NCBI GenBank assembly: GCA_043803945.1
Contig: JAZDJN010000012.1
Coordinates: 58,800-122,799 of the forward strand
Source of the DNA: a bacterium
Lineage (GTDB): Bacteria > Bacteroidota > Ignavibacteria > UBA10030
Length of the DNA stretch: 64,000 nt
Direction of reading: 5' to 3'
The notes under the pieces are model-generated. The model was not told the origin of the DNA, did not search any database, and was given only the letters and a program-made list of their open reading frames with translations. Positions 38,215 to 47,276 of this stretch are shown here, piece by piece (within the stretch, counting starts at the first letter, position 1; every line of letters begins with the position of its first letter). Both the position numbers and the translations under genes were made by a program.

Positions 38215-38793
38215 ATGCCGATTCCCCTGGCAATACTCTTAATGCTCGTTATTCCTCAGACTCAACATAAAGGTAAGTCCATGATTCAATTTGAAAAGAC
38301 AACATTGGGTGCAGGATGCTTTTGGTGTGTGGAAGCAGTGTTTGAGCGGCTTCCCGGTGTTCAATTGGTCGAAGCCGGCTATGCCGGCGGCACAAAACCG
38401 AATCCGACCTATGAAGAAGTCTGCACAGGAAGAACGGGCTATGCTGAAGTCGCCCGGATTACTTATGATCCCTCGAAGATTTCATTCGAAAAACTTCTTG
38501 ATGTCTTTTGGAAGGCTCACGATCCGACAACGCTCAACCGGCAGGGCGGAGATATTGGAACGCAGTACCGCTCGGCGATTTTCTATCACAACGAGCAGCA
38601 GAAACTGGCCGCTGAGAAATCAATGAAAAACGCTCAACAAGATTTTGACACACCGATCGTGACCGCGATCCAACCCTTAAAGCAGTTTACCATCGCCGAG
38701 AATTATCACCAGGATTATTTTAAAAACAACTCCAATGCCCCCTATTGTATGTTCGTGATTAAGCCGAAGCTCAAGAAACTCAAGCTGGAATAA
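38215..38793 (+). CDS. msrA: Peptide methionine (S)-sulfoxide reductase, possibly exported
   Basis: GAGCFWCVEA, GYAGG, NPTYEEVC, HDPT, QYRS, AENYHQDY; hydrophobic N-terminal extension; AAGGAG RBS. Confidence 0.95.
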   Translation: MPIPLAILLMLVIPQTQHKGKSMIQFEKTTLGAGCFWCVEAVFERLPGVQLVEAGYAGGTKPNPTYEEVCTGRTGYAEVARITYDPSKISFEKLLDVFWKAHDPTTLNRQGGDIGTQYRSAIFYHNEQQKLAAEKSMKNAQQDFDTPIVTAIQPLKQFTIAENYHQDYFKNNSNAPYCMFVIKPKLKKLKLE

Positions 38794-38975
38794 GGGTGAT
38801 GCTACGCGAGTCCTTCTTGAGATAGGTATTGAACATCTGTTTCCATATAATCACGCACCTCTTGACTTCCAGAAAATAATAGAAGAAGTTTGTTTCGCAT
38901 ATTCATGTGTCACGGTAGAACCGTGACACCCGTGCTTTTCGTTTTGGACGACCCACGTTACTAATCGGAGCATGT

Positions 38976-40946
38976 ATGACAAAGCGATGGAGCATTTTTC
39001 TCATGGTGGTTCTTTCCCTTTCAGTGTTACCAGCACAGGACGAGCGAATACATCACCTTGGTAAAGTTGCCGATTCAGGCGGGCCAATTGTTCCCGAACA
39101 GGCCGCCTACGATGTCACATTTTACCGGCTCAATATCACCATCGATACCACATCCAGGTCGATACGAGGATCTGTTCTTGTTCGGGCGACGACTCTCCAG
39201 GCGATTAGCATCTTTCTTCTCGATCTGCATCCAAACTTTACTGTCGATTCTGTCATCTGGCGAAAACTCTCCGCGCAGGATGAACGCTTGCCCTTTACGC
39301 GTCCGACAAATAGAATTTCGATCGCGTTTCCATTTCCTATTCTGTCATCGACCTCTTTGAATATCGAAGTATTCTATCGGGGTACACCGGTGATTGCTGT
39401 GAATCCTCCCTGGGGTGACGGCTTTGTCTGGAGCCGGGCTCCTACAGGATTACCGTGGGCCGGTGTCGCATGTGAAGATGAGGGGGGCGATATCTGGTGG
39501 CCATGCAAAGATCATCCGTCAGACGAACCCGACTCGATGGCATTGAATTTTACTGTTCCCTCTAATCTCATGTGTGTCTCGAATGGAAAACTGCTCAATA
39601 CTCTCAATCCCGGCAACGGGTGGAAAACGTATCAGTGGTATGTCTCCAACCCGATCAACAATTACTGCGTGACATTCTACCTTGGTCCGCTCCAAAAGAT
39701 CGATGTTTCCTACACGAGTGTCACCGGTCAGCCGATCCAATCCGAGTACTGGTTTCTCCCGCACAATGTCGATACGGTTAAAAAAATCACAGCAACCTGG
39801 TTGAAAGATCTACGCTTCTTTGAAGAGATCTGTGGTCCTTATCCCTTCAGAGCGGATAAGTATTGCATCGTCGATGCGCCGTATGCGGGGATGGAGCACC
39901 AAACGAGCATTGCGTATGGTGTGTACGGCAATTATCACTTCAATCCAAATTTCGCCGGTTATGGTTTCGATTACATTCACCTCCATGAATTAGCTCATGA
40001 GTGGTGGGGCAATTTAGTGACGGCAAAGGATTGGAGTGACCTCTGGATCCACGAGGGATTTGCTACTTACATGGAAGCTCTTTTTGTTGAACGGCAGAAC
40101 GGGTATGCACGGTATAAGTCATACATGGCCAGATTGAGGCCGGCGAATATCACTCGCCCTATCGCCCCAAATCAAAGCGTAACGGCAGCAGATGCCTATC
40201 TGGGAAATGTCTACAACGGCGGCGCATGGGTCATTCATACGTTCCGCCATTATATTGGCGATACTACGTTCTTTAAAATTCTCCGCCGCTGGGCGTACCC
40301 CGATCCTTCCATGGAAAGTGTAACAAACGGCAAACAATGCCGGCTGGCAACGGTGGAAGAATTCCGCCAGATTGCAGAACAGATCTCCGGGAAAAAACTC
40401 GATTGGTTCTTCACAGTTTATCTGCGACAAGCCGCGCTTCCCCAGCTAACAGTTGGCAGGAAAGACACGAATATCACGTTGCGATGGAGTGTCCCGAATA
40501 ATATTTCGTTCCCTATGCCGGTTGATGTACAGGTTGGTTCAAATAGATTTACCGTGGATATGAGTACGGGGACGAGAACATTCTCTGCGCCGAATGGTGT
40601 CTCACCTGTCATCGATCCCGATGCAAAAATATTTATGCTGACTCCAAAGGTTCTCTCCGTTGATGAATCAGAGGATCTTCTTCCCCGATCATTTGATGTG
40701 TCGGTGTATCCAAACCCATTCAATCCGACAACAACGCTTCGCCTTGACGTACCGGAACAAATGCATATCCAGGCTGATCTGTTCTCAGTGAATGGGAGAC
40801 TTGTTCAAACGCTCCTCAGCAGAAATTTTATGGAAGGACGACATACCGTTACAATGGATCTGACAGGGCAGAGCAGTGGAGTTTATTTTCTCCACGTTTG
40901 CGGCAGAGAGAAGATACTGACAAGAAAGGTGATGTATTTGAAGTAA
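38976..40946 (+). CDS. Secreted M1-family aminopeptidase with T9SS-type C-terminal sorting domain
   Basis: Signal peptide; AGMEH, HELAHEWWG, WIHEGFATY; C-terminal YPNPFNPTT...SSGVYF...K. Confidence 0.9.
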   Translation: MTKRWSIFLMVVLSLSVLPAQDERIHHLGKVADSGGPIVPEQAAYDVTFYRLNITIDTTSRSIRGSVLVRATTLQAISIFLLDLHPNFTVDSVIWRKLSAQDERLPFTRPTNRISIAFPFPILSSTSLNIEVFYRGTPVIAVNPPWGDGFVWSRAPTGLPWAGVACEDEGGDIWWPCKDHPSDEPDSMALNFTVPSNLMCVSNGKLLNTLNPGNGWKTYQWYVSNPINNYCVTFYLGPLQKIDVSYTSVTGQPIQSEYWFLPHNVDTVKKITATWLKDLRFFEEICGPYPFRADKYCIVDAPYAGMEHQTSIAYGVYGNYHFNPNFAGYGFDYIHLHELAHEWWGNLVTAKDWSDLWIHEGFATYMEALFVERQNGYARYKSYMARLRPANITRPIAPNQSVTAADAYLGNVYNGGAWVIHTFRHYIGDTTFFKILRRWAYPDPSMESVTNGKQCRLATVEEFRQIAEQISGKKLDWFFTVYLRQAALPQLTVGRKDTNITLRWSVPNNISFPMPVDVQVGSNRFTVDMSTGTRTFSAPNGVSPVIDPDAKIFMLTPKVLSVDESEDLLPRSFDVSVYPNPFNPTTTLRLDVPEQMHIQADLFSVNGRLVQTLLSRNFMEGRHTVTMDLTGQSSGVYFLHVCGREKILTRKVMYLK

Positions 40947-40953
40947 GTAGGAG

Positions 40954-41023
40954 TGATCTGTTTACGGTTCACAGTATACGGTAGACGGTGAACAGTTAAC
41001 AGTGTACCGTAAACAGTAAAAGA
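40954..41023. repeat. Degenerate 7-nt tandem array (TxxACRG) at the edge of the AT-rich island
   Basis: tttacgg ttcacag tatacgg tagacgg tgaacag ttaacag tgtaccg taaacag. Confidence 0.7.
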
Positions 41024-41061
41024 GTAATTAAAACGCAATTTCCGCAAACACCGGCAGATGT

Positions 41062-41168
41062 ATATTGAAATGGTAAATTTCTACAATATTATTAATCAAA
41101 CCATAAAGAATGATGTTTATAGACTGATACAGGTGTTCAATAAATCTTTGAAAAGAACTCCAATTGTC
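41062..41168 (-). pseudogene. Decayed duplicate of an internal segment of the MauE/DoxX gene
   Basis: 107-bp ungapped direct repeat of 43698-43804 with 14 mismatches by manual count; three in-frame stops. Confidence 0.85.
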
Positions 41169-41186
41169 ATCATAACTATCCCCGAT

Positions 41187-42191
41187 TCATCGATTATATT
41201 CTGTAAATATTCTGATTTTTGCATGTGCAATATCAGCAAAATAGAATTTACCATTATTATCTATATGCCTAAAAAATAATTGTTTTGATATTGCTGTTTC
41301 ATTTCCACAATTTAACAATAATGATTTGATTAGTTTTCCATCATTATTGAACACAAACATTTTATTACCAATGGTACGGGAGTAACAATATATATTGCTA
41401 TTTTTAATGTAAGCTCCAAATAACCAACTTTTTACAGGAATAAATCCGGTTTCTATCCTTTCTATCGCACCTTCAATGTTTTTTTCGCGAATCTTTTCTA
41501 GTTCGTTTTCAATAAGATTTATTGTTGTAATAAGCTCTCCATCGGAAGAATATACATTAATTAATGGTAGCTTTATAAAAAATGTATATAGATATTTGCC
41601 ATCCGAATATAATTCTGATTCATATAGAGTTCTCGCGTAATAATATTCCTTATGATTTTTATCTATCATGTTTCCGAAAGATCTAATTAGTTTTCCTGTT
41701 GAATTATATTTACAAAATAATGTACTGTTTATATCATTGAATGAAGATGTGAAAAGATTCTCCTTCAGAATCGCTATATCATAGTATGGCAAAAATACTC
41801 TTATTGCACGCATGAAATTACCGTTTGTTTGAAATACAGATATTCTTCCGTTTGTTTTATCATCACAGTATAATAGTTTGTTTTTATCATCGATTGCAAT
41901 CACAAATGGATCCAACAATTCACCAGGGCCTTTCCCTCTGCTACCGATCTTTCTGATAAATATTCCTTCTTTGTTAAATACTTTAATACAGCAATCCTTT
42001 GCATCGGCAATAAAAATAAGGTCTTCTGATATTGATAAATCGTATGGATGAATAAGATATGTGCCAGATTGATCAACCGTGTTTTCTGGAATGCTTTTAA
42101 ATAATCTCAATTCTGATTGTTGACTAGTTGCAACTGTTATGGTCGAAAAGAATATTAGGCAAATTATTGTACTATTTTTATTCGTTTTCAT
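41187..42191 (-). CDS. Secreted 6-bladed beta-propeller (NHL-like) protein
   Basis: Signal peptide; IKVFNKEG.FIRKIGSRGKGPGEL and repeated (V/I)F..DG.LI blade motifs. Confidence 0.8.
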   Translation of the reverse strand: MKTNKNSTIICLIFFSTITVATSQQSELRLFKSIPENTVDQSGTYLIHPYDLSISEDLIFIADAKDCCIKVFNKEGIFIRKIGSRGKGPGELLDPFVIAIDDKNKLLYCDDKTNGRISVFQTNGNFMRAIRVFLPYYDIAILKENLFTSSFNDINSTLFCKYNSTGKLIRSFGNMIDKNHKEYYYARTLYESELYSDGKYLYTFFIKLPLINVYSSDGELITTINLIENELEKIREKNIEGAIERIETGFIPVKSWLFGAYIKNSNIYCYSRTIGNKMFVFNNDGKLIKSLLLNCGNETAISKQLFFRHIDNNGKFYFADIAHAKIRIFTEYNR

Positions 42192-42194
42192 ATA

Positions 42195-43109
42195 TTACTC
42201 TAAATATTTTCGTAATCCGTTTTTTTTAAAATCATTCCATGATTTATAATCTTCATCCTTAATCAACGGAAATATTATAATATCAAATTTATTCTTGATG
42301 AGAATAAGATTAAAATCATTGCGAGCAGTATTTTGTTCCCACTCATCGTAAAGAATAGATATTTCTTTCTGTGCAAGATCCGCAAAGATATCGTGGTTTC
42401 TTTCCTCAGTTAAATTCTGTACATCTATATCACTCCAATTGCCAAGTAGCTTAACCCTAAGCTTTCTCTTGTTTTCTTTTAATATTCTTTCAATATCTTT
42501 GAATGTATTATAGCAAATACAATTCGGAGAAAAAAAAGATACATAGTAATAAAATCCGTCTTCTTGATAGAACGCATATCTCTTTATTTTATTTATCATA
42601 GAGTTTAATAACGAATCATTATTTGAATACATAGTATTCTTTTCAATATTCCGTATTATTTTTTCTTTGTTAATGGGTTCTATTGGTAAAATTGATTCAA
42701 GATCACCATTCTGATTGTATGACAAATACACATTTTCAACTTCCTTTACTGAATAAAAATATGACCTAAGATGCTTCCACTTATCGTTATCAAGCCGAAA
42801 AACAAAAATATTTTGTGAACTTTTGGTATTAATTGTATCGTTCGCATTAATAAAGAAAATTAGTTTTTGATTAGTCGTCAAATTAAACTTATTAATATCT
42901 TTAAAAAAAGTTTTTATAAAATAATTTGTCGTTTGGATTAAAAAGAAAGAGCAATACTTATGATCGAAAATAAACATTTTAATTGTCTGTCCATGTACAT
43001 CTGTCAATCTAATATTCGGCAAAGAGTTGCGATAGTAGTAACTATAAAGTCTTAATGATACTATCGACATAATGAGTAAGCTTGTAAGGATAATTATTTT
43101 CTTTTTCAT
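42195..43109 (-). CDS. Membrane-anchored hypothetical protein, possibly degenerate redoxin-like
   Basis: N-terminal TM, LPNIRLTDVHGQTI (redoxin-like start) and SPNCIC. Confidence 0.5.
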   Translation of the reverse strand: MKKKIIILTSLLIMSIVSLRLYSYYYRNSLPNIRLTDVHGQTIKMFIFDHKYCSFFLIQTTNYFIKTFFKDINKFNLTTNQKLIFFINANDTINTKSSQNIFVFRLDNDKWKHLRSYFYSVKEVENVYLSYNQNGDLESILPIEPINKEKIIRNIEKNTMYSNNDSLLNSMINKIKRYAFYQEDGFYYYVSFFSPNCICYNTFKDIERILKENKRKLRVKLLGNWSDIDVQNLTEERNHDIFADLAQKEISILYDEWEQNTARNDFNLILIKNKFDIIIFPLIKDEDYKSWNDFKKNGLRKYLE

Positions 43110-43174
43110 CAGAACAAATCTTCATTATTGAGAATATGCCGTACCAATGGTGATTAGTTAATTATCAAAAAAGG

Positions 43175-43396
43175 TTAAGGATCGGTTTTTTTCCCACACA
43201 CAAAATCTTCGCCTACTTTGCAATCTATAATACAGGTTGTAGCATCCCACCTATCTGCTTCGCAGCCACCAGCATTCTTGCACGTGAGATCCACATCTCT
43301 ACAATGCATATCACCTCCGGGGGGATCAGCAGCTAATAGAATTGAAGCTGATAATACAATCAAGATAACAACTATTATACAGGATATATATTTCAT
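43175..43396 (-). CDS. Small secreted Cys-rich peptide (six Cys in the predicted mature part)
   Basis: Strong AAGGAGG RBS; ~22-aa Sec signal; mature part C-x6-C-x5-C-x9-C-x3-C-x7-C. Confidence 0.75.
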   Translation of the reverse strand: MKYISCIIVVILIVLSASILLAADPPGGDMHCRDVDLTCKNAGGCEADRWDATTCIIDCKVGEDFVCGKKTDP

Positions 43397-43440
43397 ATAT
43401 ACCTCCTTATTATTTAATCATCACCATTAGTACGGTTTCT

Positions 43441-43905
43441 TTAGCAGGTCGTCGACTTATTATTAGAAAATACTATTGGCAAACCAATTCGATTTTCTAG
43501 AATTGCAATTACCAAGGTAATGTTACAGACATATAAAAAAATAAAATGAACTTCATAGAATGCTTCGCTCGCACCGCCCATGCAACCACATGAAGATAAT
43601 TGCTGCCTGTTATCTAAATAATAAGAGATGATTGTAAATGAAATGTTCGTTATGAGAAACAGTACAAGAATAAATAAATTCCTATTTAATAAAGTAGATA
43701 TTGAAATGATAAATTCCCACAATATTATTAATCCAACCATAAAGAGCGATATTTGTAGGCTGATATTTGTGTTCAATAAATCTTTGAAAAGAATTCTAAT
43801 TGTCTGAATAATATTGAAGGGTTCGATTACTTTCATCAACGCTGAAGAAAAATACACAGCACAGCAAATAAGTAAAAACGAAAATAGTGTCTTTTTATAA
43901 ATCAT
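43441..43905 (-). CDS. MauE/DoxX-family redox-associated membrane protein
   Basis: Four TMs, SALMK, conserved WE, and a CGCMG motif in the loop before the last TM. Confidence 0.75.
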   Translation of the reverse strand: MIYKKTLFSFLLICCAVYFSSALMKVIEPFNIIQTIRILFKDLLNTNISLQISLFMVGLIILWEFIISISTLLNRNLFILVLFLITNISFTIISYYLDNRQQLSSCGCMGGASEAFYEVHFIFLYVCNITLVIAILENRIGLPIVFSNNKSTTC

Positions 43906-44169
43906 TAAAATTATCTCGCTGTCCTATCTGTCAAATCATCTCAGTTTTACTCCAGAATGATCCTATGAGACATTGTCGTCACAACTCAAAATATAGCTAA
44001 ACGAGTTTACCAACTCATCCATTATCCCGCAAGGACTTTTTTCTGGTGCAGATATCTGGTGCAGTTTTCTGGATGCTTTTCTTATCACAGTGTTACAATA
44101 TGTTACACTCTATCGCTACTCCAATTATTTATCGTAATTGTATTGCATAAAATGCTTATTACTTGCCTC

Positions 44170-44592
44170 TCATCCTGTTTGTTTGTTTGTTTGTTTTCGA
44201 GTGCAACGGTGCTCAATCACAACTTCCTCGAAACACTTCCCAAACACTCTCTTCACCCATTGATAAAAACTACGATAACTTGCGAAGCCCATTTCAATAG
44301 CTATCCGATGCCCAATGAAGTCGGTCTCCTTTAAAAACCGAACAACACATTCTTTACCACGATCATCGAGATATTTCTTAAGGTTTTTCTGTTTCACAAA
44401 ATGAAATACGTTTTCAATATCTGAGGGATGTTTCTTCAACTCAGCGGCTATTTCCTTCACCCGCGGTAATCGGGGAAGCTGCCGCTCGATGCACTCCAGT
44501 ATAGCCCCTACCTGTTGTTCGCTATCCTGCACAGGATGTACTATGGGGATATGAGTGTTGGTTGAACTTGCTTGAATAGGAAGTTGATACAA
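44170..44592 (-). CDS. Stand-alone AraC-like HTH regulator
   Basis: VKEIAAEL and IAIEMGFASYRSFYQWVKRVFG (AraC second-HTH signature). Start uncertain. Confidence 0.65.
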   Translation of the reverse strand: MYQLPIQASSTNTHIPIVHPVQDSEQQVGAILECIERQLPRLPRVKEIAAELKKHPSDIENVFHFVKQKNLKKYLDDRGKECVVRFLKETDFIGHRIAIEMGFASYRSFYQWVKRVFGKCFEEVVIEHRCTRKQTNKQTG

Positions 44593-44772
44593 AGCTGGTT
44601 GGAATCACGGTTCACCTCACAACCATTATGCGAGGAACGTCATGAAAAAAACATATCACACTCGTCTGGTAGCCTTCGGAACGGCGCCGATGGGTACCTC
44701 TCCTGTCGTTACAGAGAATCTTCGGTTGTCAATATAAGCATTTCTAAAAGAGTGTCAAGCTTTTATTAACGA

Positions 44773-45375
44773 TCAACGGTTAATTCTCTTTGCCACCTCT
44801 GCAACACGTTTGCCAAGTGCTTCAGCTTTTCGAAGAAATGAAGGAGCAACTCCCCGCCGTTGTTCATCAGTGAATGGCTTTTCATCAGTAATTGCTGCCG
44901 CTCCGAACGCCTGCTCCCAGGTCGGCCCTCCAACGACAATCATATTGAAGAGAAGGAATGTATGAAGCAGGTTGAGCTGGGTAAGTTCCTGACCGGCGGA
45001 GATTCCCCCGCCGGAAACGAATGCCGCTCCGATTTTATCCTTAAGTTTACTGGGCCATGGCCAGCGGCTCATCGCCTCCACAACAGGTGCGGCAACATTG
45101 GCATTGTGTACCGGAGAGCCCACAATAATAGCATCGGCCCAGAGGAGGTCATCCGTTTTGGTGCTATCAATTGTCAACAGGCGAACATCGGCTCCCTTGA
45201 TGCTTCGTGCACCCTTTGCAACAGATTCTGCCATCGCTTTTGTGTTTCCAGTTTGTGAATAATAGGTCACAAGAATATTCTGACTGTGCAGCATTGAGGT
45301 GAAGAGCAGTATAAATATGAAAATTGCAGAGATGCGGGAGCAAAGAGTTCTACCCATTTGAAATATCCTTTTCAA
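44773..45375 (-). CDS. WrbA/flavodoxin-family NAD(P)H:quinone oxidoreductase with signal peptide
   Basis: YYSQTGNTKAMA, ADAIIVGSPVH, KIGAAFVSGG. Confidence 0.85.
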   Translation of the reverse strand: MKRIFQMGRTLCSRISAIFIFILLFTSMLHSQNILVTYYSQTGNTKAMAESVAKGARSIKGADVRLLTIDSTKTDDLLWADAIIVGSPVHNANVAAPVVEAMSRWPWPSKLKDKIGAAFVSGGGISAGQELTQLNLLHTFLLFNMIVVGGPTWEQAFGAAAITDEKPFTDEQRRGVAPSFLRKAEALGKRVAEVAKRINR

Positions 45376-45454
45376 ATAACGTTTGTCACTTCGTGCTTCT
45401 TCTCAGCCAAAGGCTGATGCGCCTCTGGCGCAGTGGATAGTTTACCAAGCAGTT

Positions 45455-45489
45455 AATAAAAGTCCCGATTGCACTACACCAATCGGGAC
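45455..45489 (-). terminator. Intrinsic terminator of the five-repeat gene
   Basis: Minus strand GTCCCGATTG-N8-CAATCGGGAC followed by TTTTATT. Confidence 0.75.
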
Positions 45490-45524
45490 ATCATCATAGC
45501 TGGAAGAATTCTCAGATACAAGCG

Positions 45525-47276
45525 CTACTGAAACCTTCCCCAATAAGTCCACAACCCCATACGTCCATTGCCATCGACATCAATCTGAACTGCTCCGTAT
45601 TCGAATGCCGAGGTTGCCTTAAATCGTAGGGTATCATTATTGACGATTTCGACAACGTATGCTGCATTCGAATTTTTCTGCAACATTACAGGAAGTGCAT
45701 ATCCGGTATATGTCCCCTCGCCGCCTCCCATGCTCTTTGGCTGTATGCGGTACTGATAGGCATTCGCTGTAAGGTTATTTAGGTCGTTGATAATGGCATC
45801 CCGGTTGGCAACAACGAGCGGCGCATCATTCGGGTACTGTTCCGTACTCTTTGCGAAACTGCTGAATTCTTCAGTTAACTCCCACTTGCCAAATTTCCCG
45901 CTTTCATCCTGTGTCACCATGACGGATCCCGCATCTCTTTTCGATATTGCTTTGAACACAATCTTGTCGGCAGACACTGCAGCCGAATAGCGGGCAAGAT
46001 CATCTTCACTCCTCTTCTCTGGTATCGAAAAACCGGTATAGACCCCTTCTCCACCACCTGATGAAGATCCCGCTGTACGGTAACGAATCGCAGAAGCTGC
46101 GAGATTTCTTACAGCTCGTACAATCAATTTCAGTTCCGCTTCGGGAGATTGTTTCTGGACGGCAGGTTTACTCGGTGTGGCTTGATCACCGAAAGCTCCA
46201 CCGTACTTCCACTGGCCAAAACGGCCATTACCATCTATTTGTACTTCAACGGTCCCGGATCCCTGTGCAGAGGTTGCCTTGAACTGGAGCAGGTCATCGT
46301 TGATCACGTTTGTTTCATACGTAGCATTCTCATTCGTTCGCATTTTTGTGGGAATGTTATACCCAGTGTACTTCCCCTGCCCGCCACCCATGCTCTGCGG
46401 GCGAATCCGGTACTGATAGGCATTGGCAGCAAGGTTGTTGAGATCGTTGATAATGGCATCACGATTTGATTGGCTATCCTTTACAGGTGCCGCTGCCTTC
46501 GCTGTTCTCTCACCAGCAAATGCACCGGCGAATATCCAGCTACCACTGACAAATCTTCCATCACCATCGAGCGACACCTTCACTGTTCCATAACCGGGTT
46601 TCGAACTGGCACCGAAGACCAGATGATCGGCATCCTGCACCAGGGCGCTGTAGGTTGCGTTATCATTTTCTCTTAACTTCGTCGGTATTGAAAAACCGGT
46701 GTATGCACCATTACCGCCACCCATAGAGGAAGGCCGGATACGGAACTGATAGGCAAACGCAGCAAGGTGATTCAGTTCGTTGATCACTGCATCCTTGTTG
46801 GATTGCACTGCGCTCGGATCGATAGCGGGTACAAGCCGCATTGCTGGAATCGTCTGCTTCGCCATAGCCGGTTTGTCGTCGAAGAGTCCGTAATACTCCC
46901 AGTCGGCCATTCTGCCGTCCTGGTACATCATGGTTTTCACAACACCAAAGCCTTTCTTCGATAATGCAACGGAGACAACATGATCGGAATCCTTCACTGC
47001 AATGAAGTAATACGCATCGTCTGTAGAAGTAAGCTTCGCGGGAAGGACGGCTCCTTCATAGGATCCTGTTCCTCCGCCCATGGATTTCGGACGAATCCGA
47101 TGCTGAAACAGCCAGGCAGACTGATTATTGAGCTGGTTGATCAGTGCATCCTTGTTCTCCTGCACTGCCTTCCTGTCGACGGTTTCCTGTGCACTCAGAA
47201 TTGCAGTGAAGAGAGAAAAAAGAGCAACGATGACGGAGATAAAACGCTGCGGTATGGGGACGGTACACATATTCAA
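45525..47276 (-). CDS. Secreted protein with five tandem ~100-aa pilin-head-like repeats
   Basis: Signal peptide (…LSA|QE); five repeats of N(K/R)DA.IN.LN.LAA.AYQ.RIRP.SMGGG.G.Y.G..IP...N.NA.Y...F.A.S..G.G.V....D.GR...W...G.F. Confidence 0.85.
   Translation of the reverse strand: MNMCTVPIPQRFISVIVALFSLFTAILSAQETVDRKAVQENKDALINQLNNQSAWLFQHRIRPKSMGGGTGSYEGAVLPAKLTSTDDAYYFIAVKDSDHVVSVALSKKGFGVVKTMMYQDGRMADWEYYGLFDDKPAMAKQTIPAMRLVPAIDPSAVQSNKDAVINELNHLAAFAYQFRIRPSSMGGGNGAYTGFSIPTKLRENDNATYSALVQDADHLVFGASSKPGYGTVKVSLDGDGRFVSGSWIFAGAFAGERTAKAAAPVKDSQSNRDAIINDLNNLAANAYQYRIRPQSMGGGQGKYTGYNIPTKMRTNENATYETNVINDDLLQFKATSAQGSGTVEVQIDGNGRFGQWKYGGAFGDQATPSKPAVQKQSPEAELKLIVRAVRNLAASAIRYRTAGSSSGGGEGVYTGFSIPEKRSEDDLARYSAAVSADKIVFKAISKRDAGSVMVTQDESGKFGKWELTEEFSSFAKSTEQYPNDAPLVVANRDAIINDLNNLTANAYQYRIQPKSMGGGEGTYTGYALPVMLQKNSNAAYVVEIVNNDTLRFKATSAFEYGAVQIDVDGNGRMGLWTYWGRFQ

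Noticed and set aside
41058-41279. Plus-strand 73-aa ORF
   Set aside because: It is the antisense of the MauE duplicate and the propeller gene end.
45400-45432. Isolated short palindromes (CAGCCAAAGGCTG, GCGCCTCTGGCGC; also near 62866 and 63802)
   Set aside because: Single copies within the window; probably REP-like, but family membership cannot be shown here.
45525-47276. Repeats considered as DGR template/variable regions
   Set aside because: They are in-frame protein repeats with differences at all bases, not adenine-specific, and there is no reverse transcriptase in the window.
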